A stretch of DNA of 64,000 bases from Flavobacteriales bacterium (GCA_027067965.1 JAMOUV010000032.1:114315-178314); one strand, 5' to 3'; shown: positions 35,176 through 46,110, numbered from the stretch's first letter. Notes: generated by a model from the sequence alone, not told the origin. Numbers and translations: made by a program.

Positions 35176-38154
35176 TTAATGTTTACCTTTCTGTTCTTCC
35201 CATGGATACGGAATCCCTTTCAACTTATATTGATCGCGGTAATCATATTTGGGATTTATAATAGACAAATAAATCAAGCGTTGAACTTCACTCCGGATAT
35301 CCAATTCGTAGAGCAAGCGGTTTTCCATAGTCGGATAAGTCCGGTTGGACAAAAAGATATAAATCAATTGTTCTTCCGGATCGGCCCAAACCATGGTTCC
35401 CGTAAATCCCTGATGACCGAAACTTGTAGGAGAAATTTCTTCAAAAGTGGGTCCGATATGGCCCTTAAATTGAGGTTTATCCCAACCTAATCCGCGACGA
35501 ACGCTGTCTTGCACAAAATGACGTTTGGTAAAAACTTCCACCGTGGTATCGGAAATATAACGCCGGCCGCCGTAATATCCTTTTTGTAAAAACATTTGCA
35601 TCATCTTGGCCAAATCTTCCACATTGCCGAACAAACCGGCATTTCCGTTTACGCCGTCCAACATGGCCGCTCCCATATCATGCACGTAGCCGCGCAATTC
35701 CTGATGACGCCAATATTCATCTATTTCCGAAGGAACTATTTTGTTTTTCGGAAAATGTTTCCACGCATTATAAGTCAATGAACGGGCGCCCACCGGCTTG
35801 TAAAATACCGAATCCATAAAACGGTCCAAATCGGTATGCAAATTATCAAGCATGTATTTTTTCCATAAATAAAAGAATAGACCGCTGTATTTATATTCCT
35901 TTTTTTCGCGCAATGGAGATTCTTTGATTTTAAGCCAAATGGTATCGGGATAAGAGTTGATTAAATATAAATCTTTGGCTACCGTAATTTCAAATCCCGG
36001 TTCCTGCTTAAAACGGTAATATTTCTTATCGGGTTTTTTGGTTTTCGGATCAATTGTCGAAAGATAAAACGGAATCCAAGATTTTAATTGTGCATAATGC
36101 GAAAGGACTTCCCGTAATCGCAAAGTATCCTTATTGCTTCCTTTCAAATAAGTCAGCATTTCTCCCAAAGTGGCATCCAAATCGAAATATTTTTCATCAT
36201 ACAAACGCATCATGGATGTGGTGGCGGAAATGACTTTGGTTACCGATGCCAAATCAAATACATCGTCCGTATGAAGCGGTTCGCGGGTATCGTAGGTTTT
36301 GTATCCGTATTTTTTGGTAAATACAATGCGACCGTTTCGTGCGGCCAATACCACGCCCCCCGGGGCGGCCATTGTATCCAACATAAATTGCATCAAGGAA
36401 TCCACACGGGCTAACTTTTTGGAATCCATCCCCACTTGTTCGGGAAAACCGTATGCCAAGCGTCCCGCTTTACGGGTGGTGACGGAGGTATTCACAGGAT
36501 ATTTTTTATTAATACTCACCGGTAACTTGCCTTCGAACGGAAGCGCACCGTAAAGTAACTGCGGCACAATTTTTTGAGTAAATTCATTATTTTGATAAGC
36601 CACGGCCACGGCATCGGAAGGCAATTCATCCGGCCATACATTCAGGGCATAAGGCGATGTAAAAACGACGGTGGCGGTAGGTTTGAGCGCCGAAATTTTT
36701 TCGATTAATTTTTTGGTTTTCTTGCTCAACCGGTACGGTTTCCAAGGATTGGATGTGTTTTTCAGCACGGCAATAATCACTTCATCATAACCTGACAACT
36801 TTTTCAGGTCATCTTCCGTTTCTATATCTATTCGCTTTACGCGGTCGTATTTATTCAAATAAGCACTAAAAATGCTGTCTTTATTTTTAAATTCGCCCAA
36901 GGGCACGTAGGCCGTACGAACGTTTAAATCCGTCAATGGCAAGAAATTATTTTTGTTTTTAATCAACGTAATTGCCTTTTCATAAGCCGTATAAGTCAAA
37001 ACGGTATCTTCATGGGTGCTTACGGCTTGTGCATTAGTTTCCGGGCGGGGTTTATATCCGAATATATCTCCCCACATTTTGGCGCGTAAAATTTTACTTA
37101 CGGATTCTTTTAATCTTTCTTCGCTGATTATTCCCTTTCGGTATGCTTTTTTGAAAAATCGAATACTTTTGTCGGGGTCTTTTGAAAATAAAATCATATC
37201 GTTACCTGCCAAAAAGGCCGTCAAATCCGCCTGTTCGGGTGTGGTAAAATCCGCCACGCCTTTCATCACCATGGCGTCGGTTATAATTAATCCGCCGAAG
37301 CCCAATTTGGTTTTTAAAATTTCGTGTACGATCGGGTAGGACAAAGTGGACGGCACGCCGCGATAATCCAAAGCGGGCACTCGAAGATGCGCCACCATAA
37401 CACCCGTTAATCCCCTTGGAATCAGATATTTATAAGGAAACAATTCCACCGAATCAATTCGTTCGGCCGAAAAATTAACCGTCGGTAAGGTTTTGTGAGA
37501 ATCTTGCGAAGTATCGCCGTGGCCGGGAAAATGTTTGGCCGTGGTGAGAATTCGATTTTCTTGCATCCCTTTCATCATCATATATGCCTTGCGGGCCACA
37601 TTCTTTTTATCTTCACCGAAAGAGCGGTTCCCGATAATGGGATTGGCCGGATTGGTATTGATATCCACATCGGGCGAATAATTCATGCCATATCCCAAAC
37701 TTTGCATTTGTTTACCGATTCTGCGGCCAATTCTATAAATTAAAGAATCATCTTTAACGGCCCCCAAAGTCATAAACCATGGAAAAGGAAGCACCGAATC
37801 CAAGCGCATGGCGAGCCCCCATTCGGCATCGATGGCCAATATAACCGGAATCCTGCTGTTGGATTGGATATAATTATTCATTTTTAAATGATCGGTCGGA
37901 TGTCCTTTCAAATATCCCATTCCGCCCATATGCAGGTCGTTGATATAATGATCGACAATTTTCAGGTTTTCCTCATTGAATTCCGAAGGAATGCGCATCA
38001 TGAATAACTGCCCGATTTTTTCGTCCAAACTCATGGCTTTATACATTTTTTGAACCAATGCTTCGGCCAAGGAGTCTTTATAAAACGGATCGGGCTGTTG
38101 AGAAAAACTTATACCGAAAGTAAAGATAAACAGGATAATAAAAAATCGTTTCAT
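35176..38154 (-). CDS. fusion protein: GH3 beta-N-acetylhexosaminidase (NagZ-like) N-terminal half and beta-lactamase-family serine hydrolase C-terminal half
   Basis: GH3 features are KIGQLFM, DAEWG, KHFPGHGDTSQDSH and ITDAM. The beta-lactamase fold shows an S-x-x-K motif in FDLASVTKV, plus a later YSG (Y-x-N-like) element. A signal peptide is present. Confidence 0.85.
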   Translation of the reverse strand: MKRFFIILFIFTFGISFSQQPDPFYKDSLAEALVQKMYKAMSLDEKIGQLFMMRIPSEFNEENLKIVDHYINDLHMGGMGYLKGHPTDHLKMNNYIQSNSRIPVILAIDAEWGLAMRLDSVLPFPWFMTLGAVKDDSLIYRIGRRIGKQMQSLGYGMNYSPDVDINTNPANPIIGNRSFGEDKKNVARKAYMMMKGMQENRILTTAKHFPGHGDTSQDSHKTLPTVNFSAERIDSVELFPYKYLIPRGLTGVMVAHLRVPALDYRGVPSTLSYPIVHEILKTKLGFGGLIITDAMVMKGVADFTTPEQADLTAFLAGNDMILFSKDPDKSIRFFKKAYRKGIISEERLKESVSKILRAKMWGDIFGYKPRPETNAQAVSTHEDTVLTYTAYEKAITLIKNKNNFLPLTDLNVRTAYVPLGEFKNKDSIFSAYLNKYDRVKRIDIETEDDLKKLSGYDEVIIAVLKNTSNPWKPYRLSKKTKKLIEKISALKPTATVVFTSPYALNVWPDELPSDAVAVAYQNNEFTQKIVPQLLYGALPFEGKLPVSINKKYPVNTSVTTRKAGRLAYGFPEQVGMDSKKLARVDSLMQFMLDTMAAPGGVVLAARNGRIVFTKKYGYKTYDTREPLHTDDVFDLASVTKVISATTSMMRLYDEKYFDLDATLGEMLTYLKGSNKDTLRLREVLSHYAQLKSWIPFYLSTIDPKTKKPDKKYYRFKQEPGFEITVAKDLYLINSYPDTIWLKIKESPLREKKEYKYSGLFFYLWKKYMLDNLHTDLDRFMDSVFYKPVGARSLTYNAWKHFPKNKIVPSEIDEYWRHQELRGYVHDMGAAMLDGVNGNAGLFGNVEDLAKMMQMFLQKGYYGGRRYISDTTVEVFTKRHFVQDSVRRGLGWDKPQFKGHIGPTFEEISPTSFGHQGFTGTMVWADPEEQLIYIFLSNRTYPTMENRLLYELDIRSEVQRLIYLSIINPKYDYRDQYKLKGIPYPWEEQKGKH

Positions 38155-38316
38155 TTTCCGCCGGATTTTAATTCGGTGAAATTACGAAGATTTTAGGGGA
38201 GATGCAATTTCCTTTTTTAATTTCCGTTTCATTTCACAAAACAATTATTTTGTTATCCTAATAATTTATGAATGAAATTGACCTCATTAATTTTAACAAA
38301 ACACCATTTTTTCTTG

Positions 38317-38324
38317 TATCTTTG
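38317..38324 (+). promoter_or_regulatory. candidate -7 box (TATCTTTG) upstream of lpdA
   Basis: Exact TAnnTTTG match 17 nt upstream of the ATG at 38341. No convincing -33 TTTG was found. Confidence 0.3.
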
Positions 38325-38340
38325 AACAAACTTTTTTGCA

Positions 38341-39729
38341 ATGAAATACGATGTGATCATTATAGGAAGCGGCCCCGGCGGATATGTTACGGCCATACGC
38401 GCCGCACAACTCGGTTTTAAAACCGCCTTGGTAGAAAAAGAAAAACTCGGTGGTGTCTGTCTGAATTGGGGATGTATTCCCACCAAAGCACTGATGAAAA
38501 GTGCGGAAGTGTATGACTATATCAAAAAGGCCGGTTCTTACGGATTGAAAGTAGAAAAGGCGGACATCGATTTTCCGGGAATCATCGCAAGAAGTCGCGA
38601 AGTAGCCGAAAGTATGAGCAAAGGAGTGGCTTTTTTAATGCGTAAAAACAACATTGAAGTTCTGGAAGGTTTCGGCAAAATATTGCCCGGAAAAAAAGTT
38701 TCCGTCACCGGTAGCGACGGAAATTCAACGACTTATGAAGCCGATCATATCATCATTGCCACAGGCGCCCGCGCAAGGCAACTTCCGTTTATGCCCATCG
38801 ACGGCACGCATATCATCGGATACCGGCAAGCATTGACTCCCGACAAACTTCCCCAAAGCATGGTAATTGTCGGTTCGGGAGCCATTGGCATGGAAATGGC
38901 TTATTTCTACCACACGATGGGCACCCAAGTAACTATTATCGAATATCTTCCGCGACTGCTCCCGCTCGAAGACGAAGAAGTGTCCAAACAAATGCAGCGG
39001 GCCTTCAAGAAATCAAAAATCAAAGTGATGACCGGAACGGAAGTAACCGCTACCGAGATCACGGACGAAGGCGTCAAAGTGTTTTACAAGAACAAAAAAG
39101 GCGAAGGAGAAGTCACCGCCGAAAAGGTTTTGAGTGCGGTAGGCATTCAGGCCAATATAGAAAATATCGGATTGGAAGAAGTGGGAATTGAAACGGAAAA
39201 AGGTAAAATTAAGGTGGACGAATATTATCGCACCAACATAGAAGGATATCACGCCATAGGTGATGTGATAGACACGCCGGCTTTGGCCCATGTGGCTTCG
39301 GCCGAAGGCATCACTTGTGTGGAAGCCATTAAGGGATTGAATCCCGAACCGGTGGATTATATGAATATACCTTCCAACATCTACACTTCGCCGGAAGTCG
39401 CCTCGGTGGGCTTGACCGAACAACAAGCAATGGATAAAGGATACGACATACGGGTAGGAAAATTTCCTTTCACCGCCAGTGGTAAAGCCAAAGCGGCCGG
39501 AAAACCCGACGGATTTGTCAAAATCATTATCGATAAAAAATACGACGAAATTCTCGGCGCTCACATGGTAGGTGCCAACGTTACGGAAATGATTGCCGAA
39601 ATAGTTGCGGCACGCAAAGCCGAAGCCACCGGTCATACGCTATTGAAAAGCGTGCATCCGCACCCGACCATGAGTGAAGCCGTCATGGAAGCCGTAGCCG
39701 ATGCCTACGGCGAAGTCATCCATTTATAA
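38341..39729 (+). CDS. lpdA: dihydrolipoyl dehydrogenase
   Basis: YDVIIIGSGPGGY, the redox-active GGVCLNWGCIPTK motif, and C-terminal HPHPTMSE. Confidence 0.94.
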   Translation: MKYDVIIIGSGPGGYVTAIRAAQLGFKTALVEKEKLGGVCLNWGCIPTKALMKSAEVYDYIKKAGSYGLKVEKADIDFPGIIARSREVAESMSKGVAFLMRKNNIEVLEGFGKILPGKKVSVTGSDGNSTTYEADHIIIATGARARQLPFMPIDGTHIIGYRQALTPDKLPQSMVIVGSGAIGMEMAYFYHTMGTQVTIIEYLPRLLPLEDEEVSKQMQRAFKKSKIKVMTGTEVTATEITDEGVKVFYKNKKGEGEVTAEKVLSAVGIQANIENIGLEEVGIETEKGKIKVDEYYRTNIEGYHAIGDVIDTPALAHVASAEGITCVEAIKGLNPEPVDYMNIPSNIYTSPEVASVGLTEQQAMDKGYDIRVGKFPFTASGKAKAAGKPDGFVKIIIDKKYDEILGAHMVGANVTEMIAEIVAARKAEATGHTLLKSVHPHPTMSEAVMEAVADAYGEVIHL

Positions 39730-39764
39730 ACTACCGCCACAGCATATTTAATTAAAAAAGATAT

Positions 39765-40793
39765 ATGAACGCATTTATTGAAAATATGCCCAAAGCCGAA
39801 TTACATCTGCATATCGAAGGAACATTCGAGCCGGAATTAATGATGGAAATTGCCAGAAGGAACCGGATCGCATTGGCTTATAATTCGGTGGAAGAAATTA
39901 AACGGGCCTATCGTTTTTCCAATCTCCAGGATTTTTTGGACATCTACTACCAAGGAGCCAATGTATTACAAACCGAACAAGATTTCTATGATCTCACCTA
40001 TCATTACCTGAAGAAATGTGCCGCACAAAATATCAGGCATGTCGAAATTATGTTCGATCCGCAAACCCATACTTCGCGAGGTATTCCGTTTAAAACGGTT
40101 ATTGACGGCATCACCCGCGCGATGACCGATGCAGAAAAAAACTTGGAGGTATCATCCTTGTTAATAATGAGTTATTTAAGACATTTGTCCGAAGAAGATG
40201 CCTTTAAAACACTGGAAGAAGCCCTTCCTTACAAAGATAAAATTTGTTGCGTGGGTCTAGATTCATCCGAAAAAGGAAATCCACCTTCGAAGTTTGAACG
40301 TGTATTTAAAAAATCGGTCGAAGAAGGATTCATTCCCTTGGCCCATGCCGGCGAAGAGGGCGATGCCTCTTATGTGCGGGAAGCCATCGAATTATTGGGT
40401 GTTAAACGAATCGATCATGGAAATAATGCCATGCAAGACCCCGAGCTCGTAGCGGAAATTATCGAACGCGACCTGGCACTGACGGTGTGTCCGCTATCGA
40501 ATACGGCCCTGAAAGTGGTGGATGACTTAAAAAATCATCCGTTGAAAAAAATGATGGATTCCGGATTGAAAGTTACCGTCAATTCGGACGACCCCGCTTT
40601 CTTCGGCGGCCATCTTAATGACAATTATATCCGGATTCAAGAAGCACTAAATTTAAGCACCGACGATTTATATCAACTGGCAAAAAATTCATTTATTTAT
40701 TCTTTCGCTTCTCCGGAGAAAAAGAAAAAATATCTTCGTGAATTGGATGAATATTTCGAAAAACATAAAAAATTTTCCCATAATAACGGCTAA
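39765..40793 (+). CDS. add: adenosine/adenine deaminase family protein
   Basis: KAELHLHIEGT, HAGE and SDDPAFFG metal and catalytic motifs. Confidence 0.88.
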   Translation: MNAFIENMPKAELHLHIEGTFEPELMMEIARRNRIALAYNSVEEIKRAYRFSNLQDFLDIYYQGANVLQTEQDFYDLTYHYLKKCAAQNIRHVEIMFDPQTHTSRGIPFKTVIDGITRAMTDAEKNLEVSSLLIMSYLRHLSEEDAFKTLEEALPYKDKICCVGLDSSEKGNPPSKFERVFKKSVEEGFIPLAHAGEEGDASYVREAIELLGVKRIDHGNNAMQDPELVAEIIERDLALTVCPLSNTALKVVDDLKNHPLKKMMDSGLKVTVNSDDPAFFGGHLNDNYIRIQEALNLSTDDLYQLAKNSFIYSFASPEKKKKYLRELDEYFEKHKKFSHNNG

Positions 40794-40809
40794 TTATAAA
40801 TTATAATCA

Positions 40810-43284
40810 ATGAAAAATATACTCATCTTATTGCTATTGCTATTCATTTCGCCCGCTTCCTATTCGCAAGGAATTTTCGGGTTTGCACCGAAAAAAGAAA
40901 AAAAGCCCGAAATTTTTAAAGGCGAAAGAGAAAAAATAAACGATTTGATTCATACCGAATTGAAAGTGCAATTCAATTTGGCCCAACATACCATGGACGG
41001 TGAGGCCCGCATCAAACTCAAACCGCACTTCTACCCTACCGACTCCCTCACTTTGGACGCCAAATACATGAAAATCAACGAAGTAAAAGTGGACGGTCAA
41101 AAGGTGGATTATACTTACGACAAATTGAAATTAAAAATCAAACTACCTCGAACCTATACGCGATTTAATTCTTACGAGGTGAGCATCAAATATGTAGCCC
41201 AACCCGATTCGGTTAAAACGCCGGGCGGAAATGCCATTAAATCCAACAAAGGATTGTATTTTATCAATACACGAGGCGAAAATGATGCTTATCCGCCGCA
41301 AATTTGGACACAAGGCGAACCCGAAGCCGCCAGTGCTTGGTTTCCGACCATCGATAGTCCCAACCAAAAATCTACCGAAAAAATCGAAATGACCGTACCG
41401 GCCGAATGGGTGACCTTATCCAACGGAAAACTCATCCAATCGATTGAGCACACCGACAGCACCCGCACGGATGTATGGGAAATGAATCAACCGCATGCGC
41501 CTTATTTGTTTTTCATGTTTACGGGACCTTTTGTGATTGTAAAAGATTCACTCGGAAACTTACCGGTATGGTATTATGTGGAGAAACCCTACGAAGACGT
41601 AGCCAAAGATATTTTCGGAAAAACTCCCGAAATGATCAGATATTACAGCAATTTGCTCGATTACGAATATCCCTGGAATAAGTATCATCAAGTGGTGGGC
41701 AGGGAATTTGTCAGCGGCGCCATGGAAAACACCACGGCGGTTTTGCACAGCGACATGGCTTATCAAGACAAATCCTCCTTGGTAGATGAAAATACTTGGG
41801 AAGGCGTTATTGCACACGAATTGTTTCATCAATGGTTCGGCGATTTGGTAACGGCGGAAAGTTGGGCGCAAATCGCCATGAACGAATCCTTTGCTTCTTA
41901 CGGCGAAGCGCTTTGGGAAGAACATGACGAAGGCAAGGATAAAGCCGATTATATTCTCGACAAAAACAGACGGGTTTACATGATGATTCCCGGAAATGAT
42001 AAAAAGAAACTCGTCCGGTATCATTATTCCGACCCCGATGATGTATTTGATGCCGTGTCCTATCAAAAAGGTTCCCTCATTTTACACATGTTAAGAAATC
42101 TTGTAGGCGACAATGCATTTTTCAGCGCATTGAAATTGTATCTTACTCAAAACAAATACGGCACCGGCGAAGCGGCACAATTGCGATTGGCCATGGAAAA
42201 AGTGAGCGGAAAAGATTTGACAGAATTTTTTAATCAATGGTTTTACGGAAGCGGACATCCTTCTTTTGACATCGAATACGAGTTTTCGGACTCGTTGAAA
42301 GAAGCCCGTGTTAGACTCACTCAAAAAACCAAAAAAACATGGAAATTCCCCCTGAAAATCGATGTGTATGAAGGCGAAAAAAGAACTTCTCACGAAGTTT
42401 TTGTGGATGACAGCACGGAAGTTTTTCATTTTAATTATAACCGCAAACCGGATTTTATCAACGTCAATGCCGATCATGTACTATTGGCCAATATCAAAGA
42501 CCCGCGTCCCGACGAAACCTATTATTTTCAGTTTACCCATGCCCGAAATTATATCGATCGAAAAATGGGACTGGATAAAGCCATTAAAAATAAAAAGGAC
42601 ATCAAAGCATTCCGTATAATTGAACTGGCTACGGAAGATCCATTCTACATCATCAGAATCCGCGCTATTAATGCCTTGGATATCGAATCACCGTTTTTCA
42701 ATAAAAAATTAGAAAAAAAATTGTACCGAATCGCACGAACCGATCCGAATAATTTGGTAAAAGCGGCAGCCATAAGAAAATTGGGCATGTTGAAAAAGAA
42801 AAAATATGTGTCATTATTCAAAAAATCCATTCATTCACCTTCCCGCGCCATTAAATCGGCTGCCTTCGACGCATTGCTATTAACCGATAAAGCATCCGTT
42901 TATAAAATTCTCACACCCGAATTGGAAAAAGAACTGCGTAGTTCTCTTATCAAATTGTATGTCGAAGATAAGAAAACGGAAAAAATGAATTTTGTGGCTA
43001 AAAATTTATTCGTTGACTTGGGAGAATTTTTCTCCCCCGAAAATAGAAAGACCATTGAAGAGGCCACAAAGTGGATTTCCACTTCAAATAATTTGGAAGC
43101 CAATAAAATTTTGGCCGACGAAATTTACCGGTTCGGAAAAAAATACAAACAATACGGCTTAAACCGGTTTGCCATCATGATGCTTACTTCCTATAAAAAG
43201 AATCAATCGGAAAACAAAGGAAATCATAAGGATGAGATTATCAAATATTACGAAGAAACCATCGCCAAATTGAAAAAGATATAA
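40810..43284 (+). CDS. pepN: M1-family aminopeptidase (aminopeptidase N-like) with a C-terminal helical-repeat domain
   Basis: Signal peptide, the GAMEN motif (SGAMENT), and the zincin HELFHQWFGDLVT-x18-E (NESFASY). Confidence 0.87.
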   Translation: MKNILILLLLLFISPASYSQGIFGFAPKKEKKPEIFKGEREKINDLIHTELKVQFNLAQHTMDGEARIKLKPHFYPTDSLTLDAKYMKINEVKVDGQKVDYTYDKLKLKIKLPRTYTRFNSYEVSIKYVAQPDSVKTPGGNAIKSNKGLYFINTRGENDAYPPQIWTQGEPEAASAWFPTIDSPNQKSTEKIEMTVPAEWVTLSNGKLIQSIEHTDSTRTDVWEMNQPHAPYLFFMFTGPFVIVKDSLGNLPVWYYVEKPYEDVAKDIFGKTPEMIRYYSNLLDYEYPWNKYHQVVGREFVSGAMENTTAVLHSDMAYQDKSSLVDENTWEGVIAHELFHQWFGDLVTAESWAQIAMNESFASYGEALWEEHDEGKDKADYILDKNRRVYMMIPGNDKKKLVRYHYSDPDDVFDAVSYQKGSLILHMLRNLVGDNAFFSALKLYLTQNKYGTGEAAQLRLAMEKVSGKDLTEFFNQWFYGSGHPSFDIEYEFSDSLKEARVRLTQKTKKTWKFPLKIDVYEGEKRTSHEVFVDDSTEVFHFNYNRKPDFINVNADHVLLANIKDPRPDETYYFQFTHARNYIDRKMGLDKAIKNKKDIKAFRIIELATEDPFYIIRIRAINALDIESPFFNKKLEKKLYRIARTDPNNLVKAAAIRKLGMLKKKKYVSLFKKSIHSPSRAIKSAAFDALLLTDKASVYKILTPELEKELRSSLIKLYVEDKKTEKMNFVAKNLFVDLGEFFSPENRKTIEEATKWISTSNNLEANKILADEIYRFGKKYKQYGLNRFAIMMLTSYKKNQSENKGNHKDEIIKYYEETIAKLKKI

Positions 43285-43320
43285 TAGATTCAATTTCCTT
43301 AAAAAAATTATAATCCTTAC

Positions 43321-43359
43321 ACGAACCGCCCCGGAAATTTTCCGGGGCGGTTCGTTTTT
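43321..43359 (+). terminator. rho-independent terminator after the M1 aminopeptidase gene
   Basis: A 14-bp GC-rich stem ACGAACCGCCCCGG / CCGGGGCGGTTCGT, loop AAATTTT, then a T5 run. Confidence 0.72.
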
Positions 43360-43434
43360 GAAAACGGGTCCGGTATGGAAAATTTATTTAATTCCTAAAA
43401 TTCTTAGAGAGCCGGTTCCCGATATTCATTCGAA

Positions 43435-44322
43435 TTACTTACGATTTTTCTCCGCCAAGTATTTGACAATACCGTCGGCCAATCCGATGCTGGGCACATA
43501 GATTTTTTTACCGCCACTCCATTTCATTGCCCGCGTATAGATTTTGGCAGCGGGCACGATGACATCGGCCCGGTCGGGATTGAGCCCCAATTCCTTAATT
43601 CGCTGCTTGTAATTCATGGATTTTAGCAGCTTGTAAAGCGCCTTGAGATGAACATAACTAAGAGGCGTTCCCGGTGCTTTTCCGGACATTTTAAAAAGTT
43701 TATTGATATTACCGCCCGAACCGATAAGATCCACCCGGTCCAAATGACCGGTATGTTTTTTTATCCATTTTTCGGCGCGCTCCCATTCCCCTTCGGGAAT
43801 GGTGTCCTTCAAACTCCGGACCGTGCCGAGTTTGAAGGACCGGGAAGCGGATTTTTTGCCCTTTTCTATCACGGTAAATTCCGTGCTTCCTCCTCCTACA
43901 TCCACAAACAGGTAATTTTTTCTATCGTCTATCAAATCGCCTAAATCCGTTTGGGCAATAAATTCCGCTTCCCGCGCGCCGTCGATGATTTCTATTTCAA
44001 TGCCCGCTTCTTCCTTTACGCGCTTGATCACTTCTTGTCCGTTCTTTGCCTCACGCATGGCCGATGTGGCCACCGCCAAATAATCTTCCACTTCAAAAAC
44101 ATCCATCAACAAGCGAAAGGCCTTCATGGTTTTAATTAATTTCTCGATTTTTTTGTCGGAAATATATCCTTTATCAAACACGTCTTCTCCCAAACGAAGC
44201 GGAACTCTTACCAAAGTATTTTTCTTTACCTTAAGTCCGTTTCCGTTTTCCAGCACATTTGCAATTAACAATCTCACGGCATTGGTCCCGATATCAATAG
44301 CGGCATAGCGTTTGAGTTTCAT
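43435..44322 (-). CDS. Ppx/GppA-family phosphatase (short, two-domain form)
   Basis: YAAIDIGTNAVRLLIA, VDVGGGSTEF and GSGGN actin-like ATPase-fold motifs. The ATG at 44322 is preferred. Confidence 0.85.
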   Translation of the reverse strand: MKLKRYAAIDIGTNAVRLLIANVLENGNGLKVKKNTLVRVPLRLGEDVFDKGYISDKKIEKLIKTMKAFRLLMDVFEVEDYLAVATSAMREAKNGQEVIKRVKEEAGIEIEIIDGAREAEFIAQTDLGDLIDDRKNYLFVDVGGGSTEFTVIEKGKKSASRSFKLGTVRSLKDTIPEGEWERAEKWIKKHTGHLDRVDLIGSGGNINKLFKMSGKAPGTPLSYVHLKALYKLLKSMNYKQRIKELGLNPDRADVIVPAAKIYTRAMKWSGGKKIYVPSIGLADGIVKYLAEKNRK

Positions 44323-44471
44323 AGATTTCTTTTCAGGATTATAGAAACAAAAATAATTCAATTTTCAATACCATAAACATAATCTTCTCACTTCATTGTC
44401 CTAACTCCAAACCTCATATGGGGAATAATTATACATTTTAAAATTTAATTTTTCTCTTCATCTTTAATTTT

Positions 44472-45200
44472 TTACCCCAACCATATCTCCAATGCCTTTC
44501 GCGCCTGTAATTCCAACATGCTCCAGCCGTTCTTAATATCCGCTCCGGCCTTGAGGCCCGCTTGTAAGAAAGGGGTGAGCGGCGGATTGTAATTCAAATC
44601 GAACAGCAGATGTTCGGGTGTCAGGGCTTTATAAGCCAAATCCGGTTTTTGGCCGGGATAATTAAGATTTCCTAAGGGCGTGGTATTTACGATTAACAAA
44701 TATTCTTTTAATACTTCCGGGGTCACTTCATCGTAAGTAATCGTTCCGGTTGTTTTATTACGACTGACGGTTAATGCATCCATATTTAACTTCCCGAGCA
44801 CATAACGAACCGTTTTGGCGGTGGCCCCATTGCCCAATATGAGGGCTTTCGTATGAAAGGGCTTTAGATTTTCGAGCAAAGATTTTTCAAATCCGAAAAC
44901 ATCGGTATTATAGCCGTATTTTTTTCCGTCCTTCACCTTCACGGTATTGACCGCTCCTATTTGCTTCGCTTCGGGTGAAATCTCATCCAAATAGGCCGAA
45001 ACGGCTTCCTTGTAAGGTATGGTCACATTTACCCCGTGCAAGCCGGGCAATTCTAAAATTCGCTTTATATAAGTATGATCAGGAATATCGAAAATCTCAT
45101 ATTGAGCGTTGACATTCAACTCTTTAAAGAATTTTTCGAATAATTCCGGAGACCGGGAATAAGCAATATTTTTTCCGATTAAACCGAAGCGCTTACGCAT
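44472..45200 (-). CDS. aroE: shikimate dehydrogenase
   Basis: FGLIGKNIAYSRSPELF, NVTIPYK, NTD and GNGATAK motifs. The ATG at 45200 is preferred over the TTG at 45221. Confidence 0.88.
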   Translation of the reverse strand: MRKRFGLIGKNIAYSRSPELFEKFFKELNVNAQYEIFDIPDHTYIKRILELPGLHGVNVTIPYKEAVSAYLDEISPEAKQIGAVNTVKVKDGKKYGYNTDVFGFEKSLLENLKPFHTKALILGNGATAKTVRYVLGKLNMDALTVSRNKTTGTITYDEVTPEVLKEYLLIVNTTPLGNLNYPGQKPDLAYKALTPEHLLFDLNYNPPLTPFLQAGLKAGADIKNGWSMLELQARKALEIWLG

Positions 45201-46110
45201 ATTTGGTCTGAATTTTTTCAAAAAAGTAAATCACCACAAAACCCATTGCTATCAAAATCAAGGACACCAGAAGATAATTATTTCCCTCGAATTCCCACGG
45301 CATTACCGCTTTGCTTTTGATTACAATTTCCTTTCCGTTAATTATTTTGGTCAACAATACCTTTTTCCACGGCCATACCTGATGCAAGGAACCGATTAAA
45401 AATCCACCCATCACTGCCAAGGTAAAATTGCGATATTTATTAAAAAACCATTTTAAAAATTTGGAAAATCCAATCAAACCGACTGCCACGCCAGCCGTAA
45501 ACACTATTAAATTCAAAATTTTCAGCTCATGCACCGATTCCAAAACCATTAAATAACTTCCCATAATGACCAGTATGTAACTTCCCGAAATACCCGGCAA
45601 AATCATGGCTATACTCGCGGCCATGCCCGATAGAAAATAATAAAACATCGTGTCGGGGGCTTCCTCGGGGAGAATATTGGTAATCCAATAAGCGATGATT
45701 GCACCTGCTACGACTGCTAATAGGGTAAGGGGTTTTTTATAATCGGTTTGTCTGATGATAAAAATCGAACTGGCGGCAATCAAACCGAAGAAAAAAGACC
45801 ATACCAAAACGGGATAGGTTTCCAAAAGATAATGAATGAGTTTGGAAAAAGCGAACACCGAAGTTAAAATACCGGCAAACAAACTCAGCAGAAAATTTCC
45901 ATCGATGTGTTGCCAAAAATTTTTAAAATCCATTTTTAGCAATAACCGGATCGCCCGCTTATCCAAATGACTCAATGCGCCCAAAAGCCGTTCGTAAATA
46001 CCGGTAATAAGGGCCATGGTACCACCGGAAACGCCGGGAATCAAATCGGCAATTCCCATCAACATACCTCTTACATAAACCGGTAATAAAAACTCAATCT
46101 TCTTTTTCAT
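45193..46110 (-). CDS. DUF368-family polytopic membrane protein
   Basis: GIADLIPGVSGGTMALITGIYERL, and the repeated PGISGSYILVIMG motif characteristic of DUF368. Confidence 0.85.
   Translation of the reverse strand: MKKKIEFLLPVYVRGMLMGIADLIPGVSGGTMALITGIYERLLGALSHLDKRAIRLLLKMDFKNFWQHIDGNFLLSLFAGILTSVFAFSKLIHYLLETYPVLVWSFFFGLIAASSIFIIRQTDYKKPLTLLAVVAGAIIAYWITNILPEEAPDTMFYYFLSGMAASIAMILPGISGSYILVIMGSYLMVLESVHELKILNLIVFTAGVAVGLIGFSKFLKWFFNKYRNFTLAVMGGFLIGSLHQVWPWKKVLLTKIINGKEIVIKSKAVMPWEFEGNNYLLVSLILIAMGFVVIYFFEKIQTKYA

Noticed and set aside
35146-35490. A 114-aa plus-strand ORF.
   Set aside because: It is entirely antisense to the well-supported GH3/beta-lactamase gene and has no motifs.
39013-39636. 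A 207-aa minus-strand ORF inside lpdA. Similar antisense ORFs occur at 31115..31741, 15377..16066, 26209..26661, 41560..42066 and 61401..61868.
   Set aside because: All are antisense to genes with unambiguous family signatures and translate to low-complexity F/V/I/R-rich strings.
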